Part shown: one piece after another, positions 25,192-37,249 of the stretch
How positions within the stretch are numbered: position 1 is the stretch's first letter
Layout: each line of letters opens with the position of its first letter
Source of the DNA: Ptychomitrium polyphyllum
Lineage: Eukaryota
Reading direction: 5' to 3'
Length of the DNA stretch: 64,000 nucleotides
NCBI GenBank assembly: GCA_973851085.1
Contig: OZ316775.1
Span: 9,424,001 to 9,488,000, forward strand
Position numbers and translations under genes: made by a program
Notes under the pieces: model-generated
What the model was told of the DNA's origin: nothing
What the model saw: only the letters and a program-made list of their open reading frames with translations
The model's database searches: none

Positions 25192-27655
25192 CTACGCATG
25201 GATGCGCACGTCGTCCAACGCCGCCACTCCGGGCAGCACCTTGCCCTCCAACAGCTCCAAGCTCGCACCTCCTCCCGTCGACACATGGCTCATCTGCTCC
25301 GCCAGGTTCGCCTTCTCCACCGCTGCTACCGAGTCACCTCCGCCCACCACCGTGATCGCGCCCTCCTTCGTCAGCGAGGCCAGCGTCTCCGCCACCGCGT
25401 ATGTCCCCTTCGCGAACGCATCGAACTCGAACACGCCCATGGGACCGTTCCACAGCACCGTCTGCCCACGTCCAACAAACGTCAATCACCGTAAACCCTA
25501 CACCACACCACCACCCCCCCCCGCCTTCGCGACCTCACGCATCACAAACACTCCCTACACTCCCCATGCCCCACCACTGCAACCAAACCCCCACACTGCG
25601 CCACCGCGTACCTTGGCGCCCTTCAGTGCCTCCTGGAACTGCTTGATCGCGTCCGGACCGATGTCCAGCCCCATCCATCCTGCCACATCCCACATGCAAC
25701 ACCCCTCATCAGAACCGCACCGTGCGCATGCGCCTCTCCGTCCCTCACCCGCCTCGCACCACAATCACCCGCCCCCCATCCTCACCATCGGGAATGTCCG
25801 ACGAGCTGCACGTCTGCACGTTCGCGTCCGGGGCGAACTTGTCCGCCGCCAGCACGTCCACCGGCAAAATCAGCTCCACGCCCTTCTTCTTCGCCAGCTC
25901 CACCAGCTTCTTCGCCAGCTCGATCTTGTCCTCCTCCACCAGCGACGACCCCACGCTCTTCCCGTCCGCCTTGAAGAACGTGAAGATCATGCCCCCTCCC
26001 AGGATCACCTTGTCGCACACGTTCATCAACGACTCGATCACCGTGATCTTCGACGAGATCTTGCTGCCCCCCACCTGCGCCCGCCACCACACCCCGCCAA
26101 CTTCAGCCACCACGACACCGTGTGCCCACCGTCCTCATCCCACCGCCACTTCCCACTCCCACCCCACCCTCGCCCCCACCACATCGGCGATCCAAGCGAA
26201 TGCAACCCATCCACCGCCCGTCCCCAGGTGCGGCGCTCACAATGGCCACGAACGGCTTCGTCGGCTTCTGCACCACGCCCGACAGATACTCCAGCTCCTT
26301 CTCCAGCAGGAGGCCCGCCAGCCGCGACGACACGTAGTCGGCGATCCCGGCGGTCGACGCGTGCGCCCTGTGGGCCGTGCCGAACGCGTCCAGCACGAAG
26401 AAGTCGATGTTCTCCGACAGCTTCTTCGAGAACTCGATGTCGTTCTTCTCCTCCTCCTTGTAGAACCGCACGTTCTCCAGCAGCAGCACGTCCCCTTCCT
26501 GCAAGTCGGATTCCACGTTCAGCACCCTCCGCGACCGCCCACCTCCGTCCATCAACCACCCCCGCAATGCCACCCGACCCCTTCCCATCCACTCCACACC
26601 ACCCACGGGGCCCGCCCGCTGCTGCACTCTTCGTGCTCGGCACACCAGCAACGGCGCAAACAGACCGAGGAAGGCCATACCTTCAATGCCGCGATCTTCG
26701 ACTTCACCTCCTCGCCGATGCAGTCGGGTGCCAGCTCCACGTTCTGCCCCAGCAACTCCGTCAACCTCCCTGCACGTCCGCAACAGGCCCCTCCCACCGT
26801 CAGAATCCCACAGCAGCCCCCACCCACGCCCATCCCCGCCGCCTTCCGCATCCACTACCACCACCTTCGCACGCACCACCCAATGTGCTCACGGCCCGGA
26901 TTCTACCTCGCACTCGGCATCCTCCTTCGTGCCACCATCCGGCATTGCACTGCTCGCAACTCGTCCCACCGTCCCCACTCCGGACAGCTCACGCCGCGGG
27001 ACGCCCACCATCACCTCCCTACCTCCACCAGCTTCGCCATCCCGTTCGCGACGCAGCCCCCCCGGCCTACCCTGCTACTACGACTCACTAGGGCACAACG
27101 GCACAACGGACAAATCCCACAATGCGCACCTGCCACGGGCTTCAGGCTGAACTTCTCCTCCGGCCCCTTCTTCGGCCGCCCCAAGTGGCTCGCCAACACC
27201 ACCTTCGCCCCCGCCTTCGTCAGGTACTGGATCGTCGGCAGCGACGCCCGGATGCGCGTGTCGTCCGTGATGCTCCGCTCGTCGTTCAGCGGCACGTTCA
27301 AGTCCGCCCGCACGAACACCGTCTTGCCCTTGAACTCCTTCGCGTCCACGTCCTTGATCGACATCTTCGCGTCCGACCCCTTCGTCGCCGGCCTCTGCAC
27401 GTCGCTGTCGCCATCGTCCTCCGGCAGCTGCGCCGTCTTGCTCAGCTGCTCCGTCTTCGACGCCTCCGCCACAATCCGCACCACCCGCGCCCTCTGCGAC
27501 GCCGCGGAGAACCCCGCGCCCGACCTCGACACCCGCAGGCTCTTGCCCACGAACGCCGACGCCGCAGCAGCGCGCGACGCCTGCGCGCTCTGCGCGGCAG
27601 CCCTGGCGGCCACCCCACTGGCCGCGACCGCAGCTCCCATCGCCAGCGTCTCCAT
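25192..27655 (-). CDS. PGK: Phosphoglycerate kinase, plastid-targeted. Six exons: 27655-27130, 26769-26681, 26498-26241, 26074-25786, 25679-25612, 25461-25192.
   Basis: Motifs [79 protein letters not shown]. Ala/Ser/Arg-rich N-terminal transit peptide. All splice junctions are GT-AG and in phase. Confidence 0.97.
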
Positions 27656-29149
27656 CTTCACCAAATCAAGCCGACGAATTCAAACGCTCGCTGCGCAGAC
27701 AACGACACCCATCAAACCTCCATCCCACACACCCATTCCAATTCACCATCCCGCAAACCCCCCCCCTGAGGCGATCGCCAAACCAAACCGCAACAAGCAG
27801 AACGCGAAATGCAACAGACGGGCACCCACATTCCACCACGACGACCAGGCACCCCAAGATCTCCAATTGAGCTGGAACCCCAGGGATTGAGGCGTCTACG
27901 TGAAATCGAACGCAATTCGACAGTAAGGTCGCACCGAGGTATTCGGTTACCGTCGCGCAGCAGAGGAGAAGCAATTGAGAGTGCCGGGACAGAGCGTGAC
28001 TCACCTGAGGGATGGCGAGGGTAACTGAGCCTGAGGTTGGAGGTTGCCAATGGAGTGGAATGTCACATGCGTTGTGGGAATGAAGGGGATGGGTTTGTGA
28101 GGTTTGGGAGGAGCGACCACCAAGTGGATTTCATGGGCACGGAGCGTCTGGAACTCGTCTTGGGATAATCATATGGGAGATGCGCTGCTGCCATTGGTGC
28201 GATGCTGGGTCTGCCCTCCTGGTCCTCACATCTCCGTCCCGGGTGTCTTTTTAGGGCCTCCAGCATCCCCACTGTTCTGGTTCCAGGCTGCCCGCTCTGG
28301 GGTCGTTGCACTACGGGTGCGCTTTGGGGTGACGAGGTGTCGGCAGCACAGGGACCGTGGGCACCTGCAGGGCCAATGGGGGCGCGGAGAATTGGTTTTT
28401 CTTCTGCTGAGTGGGCTTTCGGGGGTCTGAGGCAGTGGGAGGGCAGCGAGGTAGTTTTGCGTTTGGGCAGAGCCTTATGTGTCGCCAGCTCGCTGGGGAG
28501 GAGCGCCGGGGCCACAGGAAGTGGGATGTGCGTCCCTCAGGCCTCTGCTTATCCTGCTATCATGTCATGGTGGTTGCTGTATGATGAGTCTAGTTTTATG
28601 GAGATTGAGTAGTATGCACGAATTTAGTGTTTTATAGCCTGCAGTTAACTGGTTTTGGTGATGTTGTATGCTGACGTGGGAATCAGGAATGAGGTTTGAG
28701 GTCGCTTAAGATGTGGACCGCTGGTGGACGTGCTTGGGGTATCGTGCGTACCGGCAAAATGGGGACTGATGATACTAGAACAAGCTGCTCAACTTGAGAA
28801 TCATAGACAGCGCAGAGCTTGAGCAGTTGATGAAGTTTTAATGGTATACCGATATCAAGGTTTAGTATTCTTGGCGACGAACATCGCAATCGTTCCTTTC
28901 ACAATGCTGCCCTACACCATACACAACCGGCACGAAAGGTGAAATGCACAGCACAATTGTATAAATCATTGTTGGAGGTAAGAGTTATCCAACATATGCA
29001 GCTCTCGTGCTCTCTTGTTTCGATGCGGCTGTATTCAAGCTTTGATGTGCATAACCTCATAGTCATGGAGATGTACGTGTACCTTTTCACTCATGACTAC
29101 ATGACTAATTCCCTTAGAAAGTATTACGGACAGTTGAAACTTTGGAAGA

Positions 29150-31759
29150 TCAAAAGGAAGAAAGTCCTGACACAAATTTGTTCATCAACCGTTCCTTTTC
29201 CTTCATTCTAATGCCTGGATTACTGTGGAGGCTCAGCATAGCTTTCGACATGAAATCTTGAATTTCTGGAGCAACATGCGCGGGCATCGTCACAGCAACA
29301 GCCTGTAATTTTGAACTTTGTTCCGTCGCTGTTAGGCGGTCCGGTCCTGCATACAAGTTGACCAGATTTCCCAAGTGAGGTGCTTTCTCCAATACGTCCT
29401 TAACCTCTCCGTCCCATTGCTCGTCCGTCATGCCTTCCATCATCAGATAAGGCTTAGCTTCAGCAAGTATCTCTTCCAAAGACTTTTGAGGCAACTCATC
29501 AATGTCAGGGTTTATGCCAAAGTACTCCATAGCATACTCAGGCTCAAAGTCCACCAAAAATTTAGAGTGTAGAGCACTCTTGAATTGCTCCTCTTCCTCC
29601 AGAATCACCAGCTTCTTCATATCCTCTTCTGTCATCTCTCTGAGAGTTAAAGGAACTTGAGGTTCCTCTTCCTGGTCCCTTCGTTGAATGAAACGAGGTT
29701 GACGTTTGAGCCTGTCCTTCGCTGTCTGAGGGCCTCTAGATTGCTGTGCTGCAGACTCAGGGGTCCTCCTCCTAAACCTATCCGCAACCATAGTTGTTGC
29801 ATCTGAGAAACTATCCACCGAGCCCCTTCGTCGTCGCTTCTCTTCCTCTCTCGACAGGTTCCTCTCCACGCCCTCCTTCATTACTGCCACAGCCCGCTGC
29901 ACTGCATCTTCTCTTGACAGCTGTGGCTGTGTCCTAGCTAGAGCTGGTAGAGATTCTCTTCTCTGTGATCGTTGCTCTTCTCCTTTCACTAGCAGCGCCA
30001 GTGCTCTTTCTCTTGCCTGCTCCCTCTCCTCTTTCGTTTTGAGTTGAACAGGAACTGATGTCCCTTCTCCTTTTGTAGGGTCTGCTCCAATCTGAGCTTG
30101 CTGGGCATCACGTGATGGCCTCGGAGCCACTTGGCCCCTGCCAGCTTGCCCCTCAGCTTGAGAAAGAGGCATGCCTCTCCCACGACCTGCACCTCCTCCA
30201 AAAATACTGGGAGAAGGCGTTGTTGGCAAATTGAAGGGATTAAAGGCTCCTTTCTTCTGAGTGCCTTCCGAAGAGGCCCCTGGAGGTGGCATATTGAGAA
30301 GCCCCCTGAAAGACATCAGCTTCTTGGACTCTTCAATGTCCTGAGCAAACGCCTTACCATGTCCGGCGTCTGCAGAAGACGGAGATTCAGGAGTTGAGAG
30401 TGTGAAAGAAGGCACCGGAGGAGATGTCACATCTTCTTCCGCATCAGCACCGGGGCTTACTGGTAGTTGAAATGCTGTCTCCTCCCATTCGCCTAACCTC
30501 GCTGACAAGTCGTCACTCTGAGTAACGGGGGCAACTTTGTCTACTTGATCTGCTGAAGACTCCACCACGATTTGCTCTTTCAATGTCACAGGCACGTCAG
30601 GAGCCGTAGCTTGTTTCACTGCTGGCTGACTAATAACAGGGGTCTGCGCATCCTCCTTCGGTTGCACTGAGGGCACCTTCATTTGTGTCAATGCTTGCCG
30701 CATTTGCTTATAAACTTTATCCATCTTGTCAAATTGGCCTGCCTGACTGAAGATTTGAATGAGCAAATTATACGTCGGTATAGAGATTGGAACGGAGTCG
30801 GCCTGCATTTCCTCGTATATTTGATCAACATCAGACACCCGCCCAGCTGCTTGGTGATACTTGATCATAGCCACATAGCTTGCGTCTGACAATGCAGACA
30901 CAGGTTCAGCAGCCCCTGTACTAGTCGTTTGAGACGTCCCTGCACTGCTAGCAATCTCAGATACATGCTCCGGTGCTTGCGAAACGCTCTCCTCAGCAAC
31001 ATTAGGTGCCTTAGATTCCACAGAGATGCCAGTAACTGCCGGGTCCTGAAACTCTCTTCTCGTCCCAGACTGCTTAAGTTGCTCGCGTGCTGGAGACGGG
31101 CTCGTAGCAGGCTCCGCAACAGGCCTTCCCGGTGCTGCAAGAAGCTGGGACAGTGAGCCCCACGCACTCGCTCGCACCCTATCCGCATTCGCACCAGATT
31201 GTCTCAAATTCCTAGATGCTGGGGCAGAGGGAGGCTGCCGAGAGAGAGGTAAACCCCTTCCAGCTCCTTCCCGAGCAGGAGAAGATCCCGACCTTGCTTG
31301 AAAAGCATCGGATGAGGAAACACTAAGTGGAGGCAACTTACCCTGACTGGTGGGCTTCACATCTTTCTCCACAACAGCATCCTCAAAACGGCTGTCCGAC
31401 AAACTCTTCCTCTCAGCTTCTGACGATCCACTCTGCTGGCTCGCACCAGGCTTCGGGCTCACCTCCAACGGCCGCAAAGTGAAGGGCTTGAAAGGAACAG
31501 AAGCAGGTTGACTAGGAACAACCGGAGGCGATGGCAACGCAGTGCCCCTCCCTCGCCCTCGCCCTGCCCCAAAACTCCCCAACCCTAAACCCTGATTCCC
31601 AGCGCCACCTCCAGCTCCAAATTCGGCAACCGGCGCATCCTCAACATCACCTCGCCCTCGCCCTCTCCCTGTCGAGAAACTCAGCCTCTGCAAACACGCC
31701 CCCGCTCCTCGAGATCCACTCAAAATGGCGATGGCACGCCGATCAACCAAACCCCTCAT
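29150..31759 (-). CDS. At1g53645-like (annotated 'hydroxyproline-rich glycoprotein') mitochondrial protein, 869 aa, with two internal PPR motifs; intronless CDS
   Basis: Mitochondrial-type N-terminus followed by GRGRG repeats. The C-terminal domain FEPEYAMEYFGINPDIDE...YAGPDRLTA...SLHSNPG matches the recalled At1g53645 C-terminus (EPEYIMPDFGSNPDIDE...YSGPDRVTA...LKSNPG). Confidence 0.85.
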   Translation of the reverse strand: MRGLVDRRAIAILSGSRGAGACLQRLSFSTGRGRGRGDVEDAPVAEFGAGGGAGNQGLGLGSFGAGRGRGRGTALPSPPVVPSQPASVPFKPFTLRPLEVSPKPGASQQSGSSEAERKSLSDSRFEDAVVEKDVKPTSQGKLPPLSVSSSDAFQARSGSSPAREGAGRGLPLSRQPPSAPASRNLRQSGANADRVRASAWGSLSQLLAAPGRPVAEPATSPSPAREQLKQSGTRREFQDPAVTGISVESKAPNVAEESVSQAPEHVSEIASSAGTSQTTSTGAAEPVSALSDASYVAMIKYHQAAGRVSDVDQIYEEMQADSVPISIPTYNLLIQIFSQAGQFDKMDKVYKQMRQALTQMKVPSVQPKEDAQTPVISQPAVKQATAPDVPVTLKEQIVVESSADQVDKVAPVTQSDDLSARLGEWEETAFQLPVSPGADAEEDVTSPPVPSFTLSTPESPSSADAGHGKAFAQDIEESKKLMSFRGLLNMPPPGASSEGTQKKGAFNPFNLPTTPSPSIFGGGAGRGRGMPLSQAEGQAGRGQVAPRPSRDAQQAQIGADPTKGEGTSVPVQLKTKEEREQARERALALLVKGEEQRSQRRESLPALARTQPQLSREDAVQRAVAVMKEGVERNLSREEEKRRRRGSVDSFSDATTMVADRFRRRTPESAAQQSRGPQTAKDRLKRQPRFIQRRDQEEEPQVPLTLREMTEEDMKKLVILEEEEQFKSALHSKFLVDFEPEYAMEYFGINPDIDELPQKSLEEILAEAKPYLMMEGMTDEQWDGEVKDVLEKAPHLGNLVNLYAGPDRLTATEQSSKLQAVAVTMPAHVAPEIQDFMSKAMLSLHSNPGIRMKEKERLMNKFVSGLSSF

Positions 31760-32599
31760 TGTGCTCTGAAACCCAACAAACCCTAAAGAAACTCCAAATG
31801 ATCAGCTAAAACCCCACCAGCACAGCCTTCTCATTGAGCTTCCTTCAACCACCTGAAATGCCTGTCCACCACTAAGTCTACAAAACCACAAAATCAAAAA
31901 CACCTCCAGCGACTCAACTTACGACATTCATCTCACGGCCCCGGCAATCGCATGATGATTAAAGGGCGAATGTAGCCTCCTCCACCGGGCTCCCGTGCAG
32001 TTGCGATGCAGCTGTGCCCTAAACCTTAACCCCTAAGCATAGCGAAAGTCCTTGTGCCTCGGCAAGTTCCTCACATAAGGTGAAGGACTGTGTTATCGGA
32101 AGGCGACATTCTACGCAGCGAGTAGATAATTCTCTTGGTTTTCGTAGATTCTAGAAGTTAGATGTTAATGTGGAGCGCATGATGTTTGTTCTGGTATAGT
32201 GATGGCTTTGGGTGCTTCTGCACGTCCCAGCGGTCGTCAATGGAACTCTCAGCGGCGAATGAGGCCCCGTTTGCTCTACGACTCCATTGTGGGCTCGTCT
32301 CACCCTCCAAATTTTAACCACTGTCAAGGTCTTTACACTTGGGGCTCCCCTTGAAGTCCCCTTGTCCAACGTGGCCGCCTATGTAGCATCACAATGGCAC
32401 CAAAATTTTAAGCCCAACTCAACAGAATTGGGACGAGGTTCCCCCCAACTTTATTTCTCACCTTGAGTCCAACATGGACTCAAAGTGGAGACTCAACTGT
32501 ACACTTAAGTTCTGGTCAATGGGACTGGGATCCAAATTGAGTAGAGCCCAATATAAATTCAACCTGAGTCTGGTCTTTGCTGTGCAGGCTCTTTTGGGT

Positions 32600-34509
32600 C
32601 TTTACTGGACTTGTTTTCTGTTCTTTCATATTCGTTTTCCATTAGGACAAAGTTTGTACTTCATTCATTTTTTAAAATATGAATTTCAATTTAGTTATGA
32701 TGACATTCAAGAGCAATGTAGGAGAACATCCTTCCATGGTGGCATGTTTGGAGAACATATTCCAAGTTCACTCTTTTTCTTATCAAAACATGACACACAT
32801 TCACAAATACTATACCTAAAAAGGATATGGTCCCTTTTGCTTTATAATGTTGTATTACAAGATATGTATATTTGTTACTTGAAAATCTGAATATAAAAAC
32901 ATATAACAAGTTGTAATTGTTTATGTTTTATGAAATTTGAAATGCATAATTTTCTCTACAATTTTGAATACACATGTTTTAAATTCAATGAAAATTTAAT
33001 TCTATTCTCAAAAAATCAAAATCAATGCAATTGATGATATGTTTTTTATATAACACAAATGGCTACATATAATTATATATTAAATTAAATAAGTTTGTTG
33101 AACTAAGCTCACAATTCTTAAACTTAAGTGTTTTTTTTTTTCTTTCAAATTGAAAATTTTGATATTATTAGTTTATTATAAATATATATATATAGATAAT
33201 TTAGAAATTAATTTATATTTGGACTAGATTCTTTCATAAAGGCCGTTATTTGTGGCTTGTAGTTATGACATTTCTATTTTTATTTTGATGGATTTTGATT
33301 GATTAGAAATATCTTAAGGATGAAAAATCTATATTATTTGAGATAGGTTTTGAAAGTTGATTTTATCAAATAAAAAAGATGTATGTATGTAGATTAAGGT
33401 GGAATTAAAGTAGATCAAAATAATTATTACACATAGAAGAACAATGTTCAAAGCAAGAACTGGACTTGGCTAAGGATTTATATGATTTGAGTTTTTAAAT
33501 TGTTCATTTGTGAGATTTTAATTTTTATCATTCAACATATAAAATATTGACTAATTTAACTTTAGTTGTAATAATTTGAAACAAAAAACAATGGCTTACC
33601 AATATCTTGACAAAGGGAAAAAAAATTTAAAGGATTTGGAGCAAAAGAATGATGAAAAAAAAATATCGAGTTCAATAATTCCTAACTATTGAAATGGCCA
33701 TTACTTTGAAATCCTTAAAAGGCTTTATTGACAAAGCTTGGCACATTGAAAAAAAGCTCTAAGAAAGATAGAAAAAACTTGTGAATAATCATCATAATTA
33801 TATATTTAATTAAAAACCATTATGACAATTTTTAACTTTTTTTTTAATACTATGTATGCTTTTTAAATCCAAAAAATTTAACAAAATATAAGCATAAAAA
33901 ACATGATTAAAATTTTTTAACTAAAAATCAACTTTTGAAAGAATTATAAAATTCTAATATGATTAAATATAATAATCTTTTTAAAACACATTTCAAAATA
34001 AGCATACCTTATCTTTATGATTAAATCAATAATTAAAAAATATTTAATTGTAAATCTCAAAAAGTAAAACAATAATTACATGGCATAAAATATGGCATAT
34101 AAATATGTCATAATTTTAAGAAAATATCATAATGTGATATAAATGATGATGAATTTTAAAAAAGACTTGATCAATTCTAAATATAATTCATTTATTGATA
34201 AATTTAAAGGAATTCAAAAATATCCACTATATAGATAATAATAATCTATATTTATTCATATCAGAATAAACACATTGTGATTTATAAGCAATTGACAAGA
34301 TTTTTAAAAAAATTTGAATAAATTTAAAATTAAACAAAATATAACTAAAAGAAATGTTTGATTATATTTATGAATTAAATTTTGTATGTTATAACTCATA
34401 AAAGATCATGCATATTATAGTTGTATTCTAATAATTTTCTAGTAAATTATAACATCCAAAATTATAATTATTTATAATGAACATTAAAGTATTTACAAAC
34501 ATGCAAGTG

Positions 34510-34548
<39 letters not shown>

Positions 34549-35580
34549 TAAAAGACTAGACTTTGAGGTTTTACTTCTTCTTCAATATTAATTATTTTTA
34601 TTTTTAAATTTTGATTGTTATAAAGATATTTATTTAAAGAAAATAAATTTGGTCATCATTTCTTATACCAAGTATAATGGAGGTTCTAATTAATTCATAA
34701 TTTATTATAGAACTAATCATATTTAACTTCAATATTTATTGACCATTTATTAAAAAATAATTTTAATTTCTTACATCAAGAAGGTACATTTCTTAAGTTC
34801 TTATCTAGATGCATGTAGGATTTAATACCTTTTTTTAAACTATTTTTACATGTATAAGTAATTTAATATAAATATAAGAATTTTATTAATAACAATTATA
34901 TACACATATGTAATATTTGTCAAGAATTTAAAAGAATTTATCCTTTATGGTGAATTATAGAAAAATAATCAAAATTCCAATGAATGTATATAATAACAAG
35001 TGTCTTTATGCCTAAAGGTCTTCCATCAATGAAAAGATACAGCTATTGAAATAAGTTTAAGATTTTATAATCAAAAAACATCTTGTTAACATTCAATAAT
35101 TTTAAAAGTTTTTTTGGATGAACTAATCAATAAAAAACATAAAGACATTGAGTTTAATGTACATAGAAATTAATGCAATATACAAAGTATATCAATAAAA
35201 CTATTAAAGTTTCAAATGCACTCCTTTAATTACAATTGAAATTACAAAATCAAAAATTTCATTGAACCCGCTTTCATAATACATGACTGGTTTTTTTGAG
35301 GTAGAATCACAATTTTCTTAAAAGGAATCTAGAAAGTTCAATAAAGTGTTATATAATTTTAGCATCTTGGAAATAATTACAAACACTATAATCATTTATC
35401 ACAAGGAATAACCACTTAAAACCACCCAATCCCTGCTTTTGCCATCATGTTAGAAGCCATTATGTGGTAGTCGTTTATGAACGGAAATATTCTCAGAATA
35501 ATAAAAGAATTCAAAAAACTCTACATCTCTCCTTGTGGAAGCTCCAATGAATTTTAAATGCATTTCTTATAGCTGCGTCC
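32600..35580. mobile_element. Very AT-rich block, probably degenerate TE/repeat-derived
   Basis: Sharp compositional shift, near absence of CG and no coding signal. No TE family could be assigned. Confidence 0.4.
34513..34544. repeat. (TA)16 microsatellite
   Basis: Read directly from the sequence. Confidence 0.95.
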
Positions 35581-36179
35581 GACTTTTTTCTGGGAACAGA
35601 TTGGGAACCACGCTATGGTGGGGAACAATCTGGGAACTAGGCAGAGGATCACAAGGATCGTAAGGGCACGCAAGATAAGCATCCTGCTAATGCCAAACTC
35701 GGCACGTCAGATCTATAGACAGCGCAAAAGCTCGCTGAAGAGTGCCGCTGCGGAGAACGTTCCTCGTAAACATTAGCGGATAACTCTAATACTCTTTATC
35801 ATTTGAACATTCGAACATCCTACTGCACCACCAGGTGTAGCCGATGACGTCAACCCTGGCATACCGACGAAGGCTTGCACATCAGAGTCTATTGATGACT
35901 CCATCATATCCCAGAATCTTAAGATAGACGATGCAAGTTTGCAGTGGACATAACTGGCATGGTTCGATACGCGCTGTCGGTGCGCGATGAATTTACAAAA
36001 CGAGGAACGGATCGAAGAGCAACAATTGCCGAAGCGATTTCTAGTTTCTCAGACTCATGGAACATGGTCGTGATGGCCACAGCTACAAAGCTCATCATTG
36101 ATACATGAGTTGTGCTCGACAGCGCATGCCAGTTCAAGCTATTCTGGTTCCGTCTCGTTCTCTCCGCTTGTTGTGCAGA

Positions 36180-36925
36180 TGGTCGATTTGCTGCCCGTTG
36201 ATCTCGCCTTAGATTGCACAGATTCGGAGTTACAGTTTAGCAGCGTCGTTTGGCAGCAGCTGGATCACGACGTTGTTATGGTTCTAGTTCGTTGAGGGGT
36301 ATTGGTGCTGTAAGGTCGTCGACTGGGGTCACCGTCGTCGTCTCTGAATAGGCTGAGAGAGCTTTCCAAGGCAGCCATGGCAGTGCCTGCGGTTCAAAAG
36401 CGTGGTTGTATGACGAATTTGGGTAGTGAAGGACGTGCTGTAGTTGGGAGAGTTTGCCGTGCCGGAGGTGAAGTTGGATAGGGTGCGCATCAAGATGATG
36501 GCTGCGGCGGTCAACTACATAGGCTCTAAGCGTCGCACTGGCTTTTGTCACCCTTAACTCTCCATTTCCGGCACATTTTTATGTTGCACATCCACCTTTT
36601 AACTACATGTTTTGGTGACTCTTTGTGAATTGAAGCAAAGTTTAAAAAGAACTCGGCATTTGAGCTTATTTAAGAGCTGCTTGTTAGGTTGCAAAGCTTT
36701 CGATAAAGAGGTTTGCGTGCTTCACCCAATTTATGTGGTACTGTATATTTGCATATACAGTACAGTACTACATGCAAGAAATCCTGAATCCGTATCTGGA
36801 GAGTTGAGCAATCCAAACCATCATCGACCGCTAGGGAATTCAAGTTCTCAGAGGTGGTGCAAGCGTTTGAGTATTTGGAGACTGGCCGAGCCACTGGGAA
36901 GCTGGTCATTACTCCCATTGCGTGA
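36180..36925 (+). pseudogene. Pseudogene of alkenal/one oxidoreductase (AOR; 2-methylene-furan-3-one reductase-like MDR family)
   Basis: N-part AMAVPAVQK/AWLYDEFG*/KDVL*LGEFAVPEVKLDRVRIKMMAAAVNY; C-part ILNPYLES*AIQTIIDR*...FSEVVQAFEYLETGRATGKLVITPIA*. Contains stops and frameshifts, and most of the central domain is missing. 5' limit is approximate. Confidence 0.85.
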
Positions 36926-37249
36926 AGTTAAACACTCGGTAAAGTAATTAAATTTGATACCACTGAAAAATAGGATGGAAAGACATGTAGTCAGGATAGA
37001 ACTAGGTCATATAGTATGCGGGTAGTGCCACTCTTCACACATGTGAGTATTGTAGCTAAGCTGGTTCTTTGATCTAGTCAATCTGCCACTTCAACCTTTT
37101 TCTTTTGGTTTGGCACAATGGAGATTTCTGTCACTGCAAACTTTTGGTGCAATAAAAGTTTTGATCCTCTACACTGTTTATCTCATCTCATGTTGACAGT
37201 TGGAACTCACACTAAGATATAAAAGTTGTCTTTGTGTGTAACTTACATG

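Noticed and set aside
25148..27890. Long + strand ORFs (647 aa and 722 aa) overlapping PGK
   Set aside because: Antisense shadows of a very GC-rich gene with few stops; the peptides are low-complexity and motif-free.
35590..35640. Repeated GGGAAC motifs ending in CTAG as a Helitron 3' end
   Set aside because: The repeats are direct rather than a clear hairpin, and CTAG is followed by G, not T.
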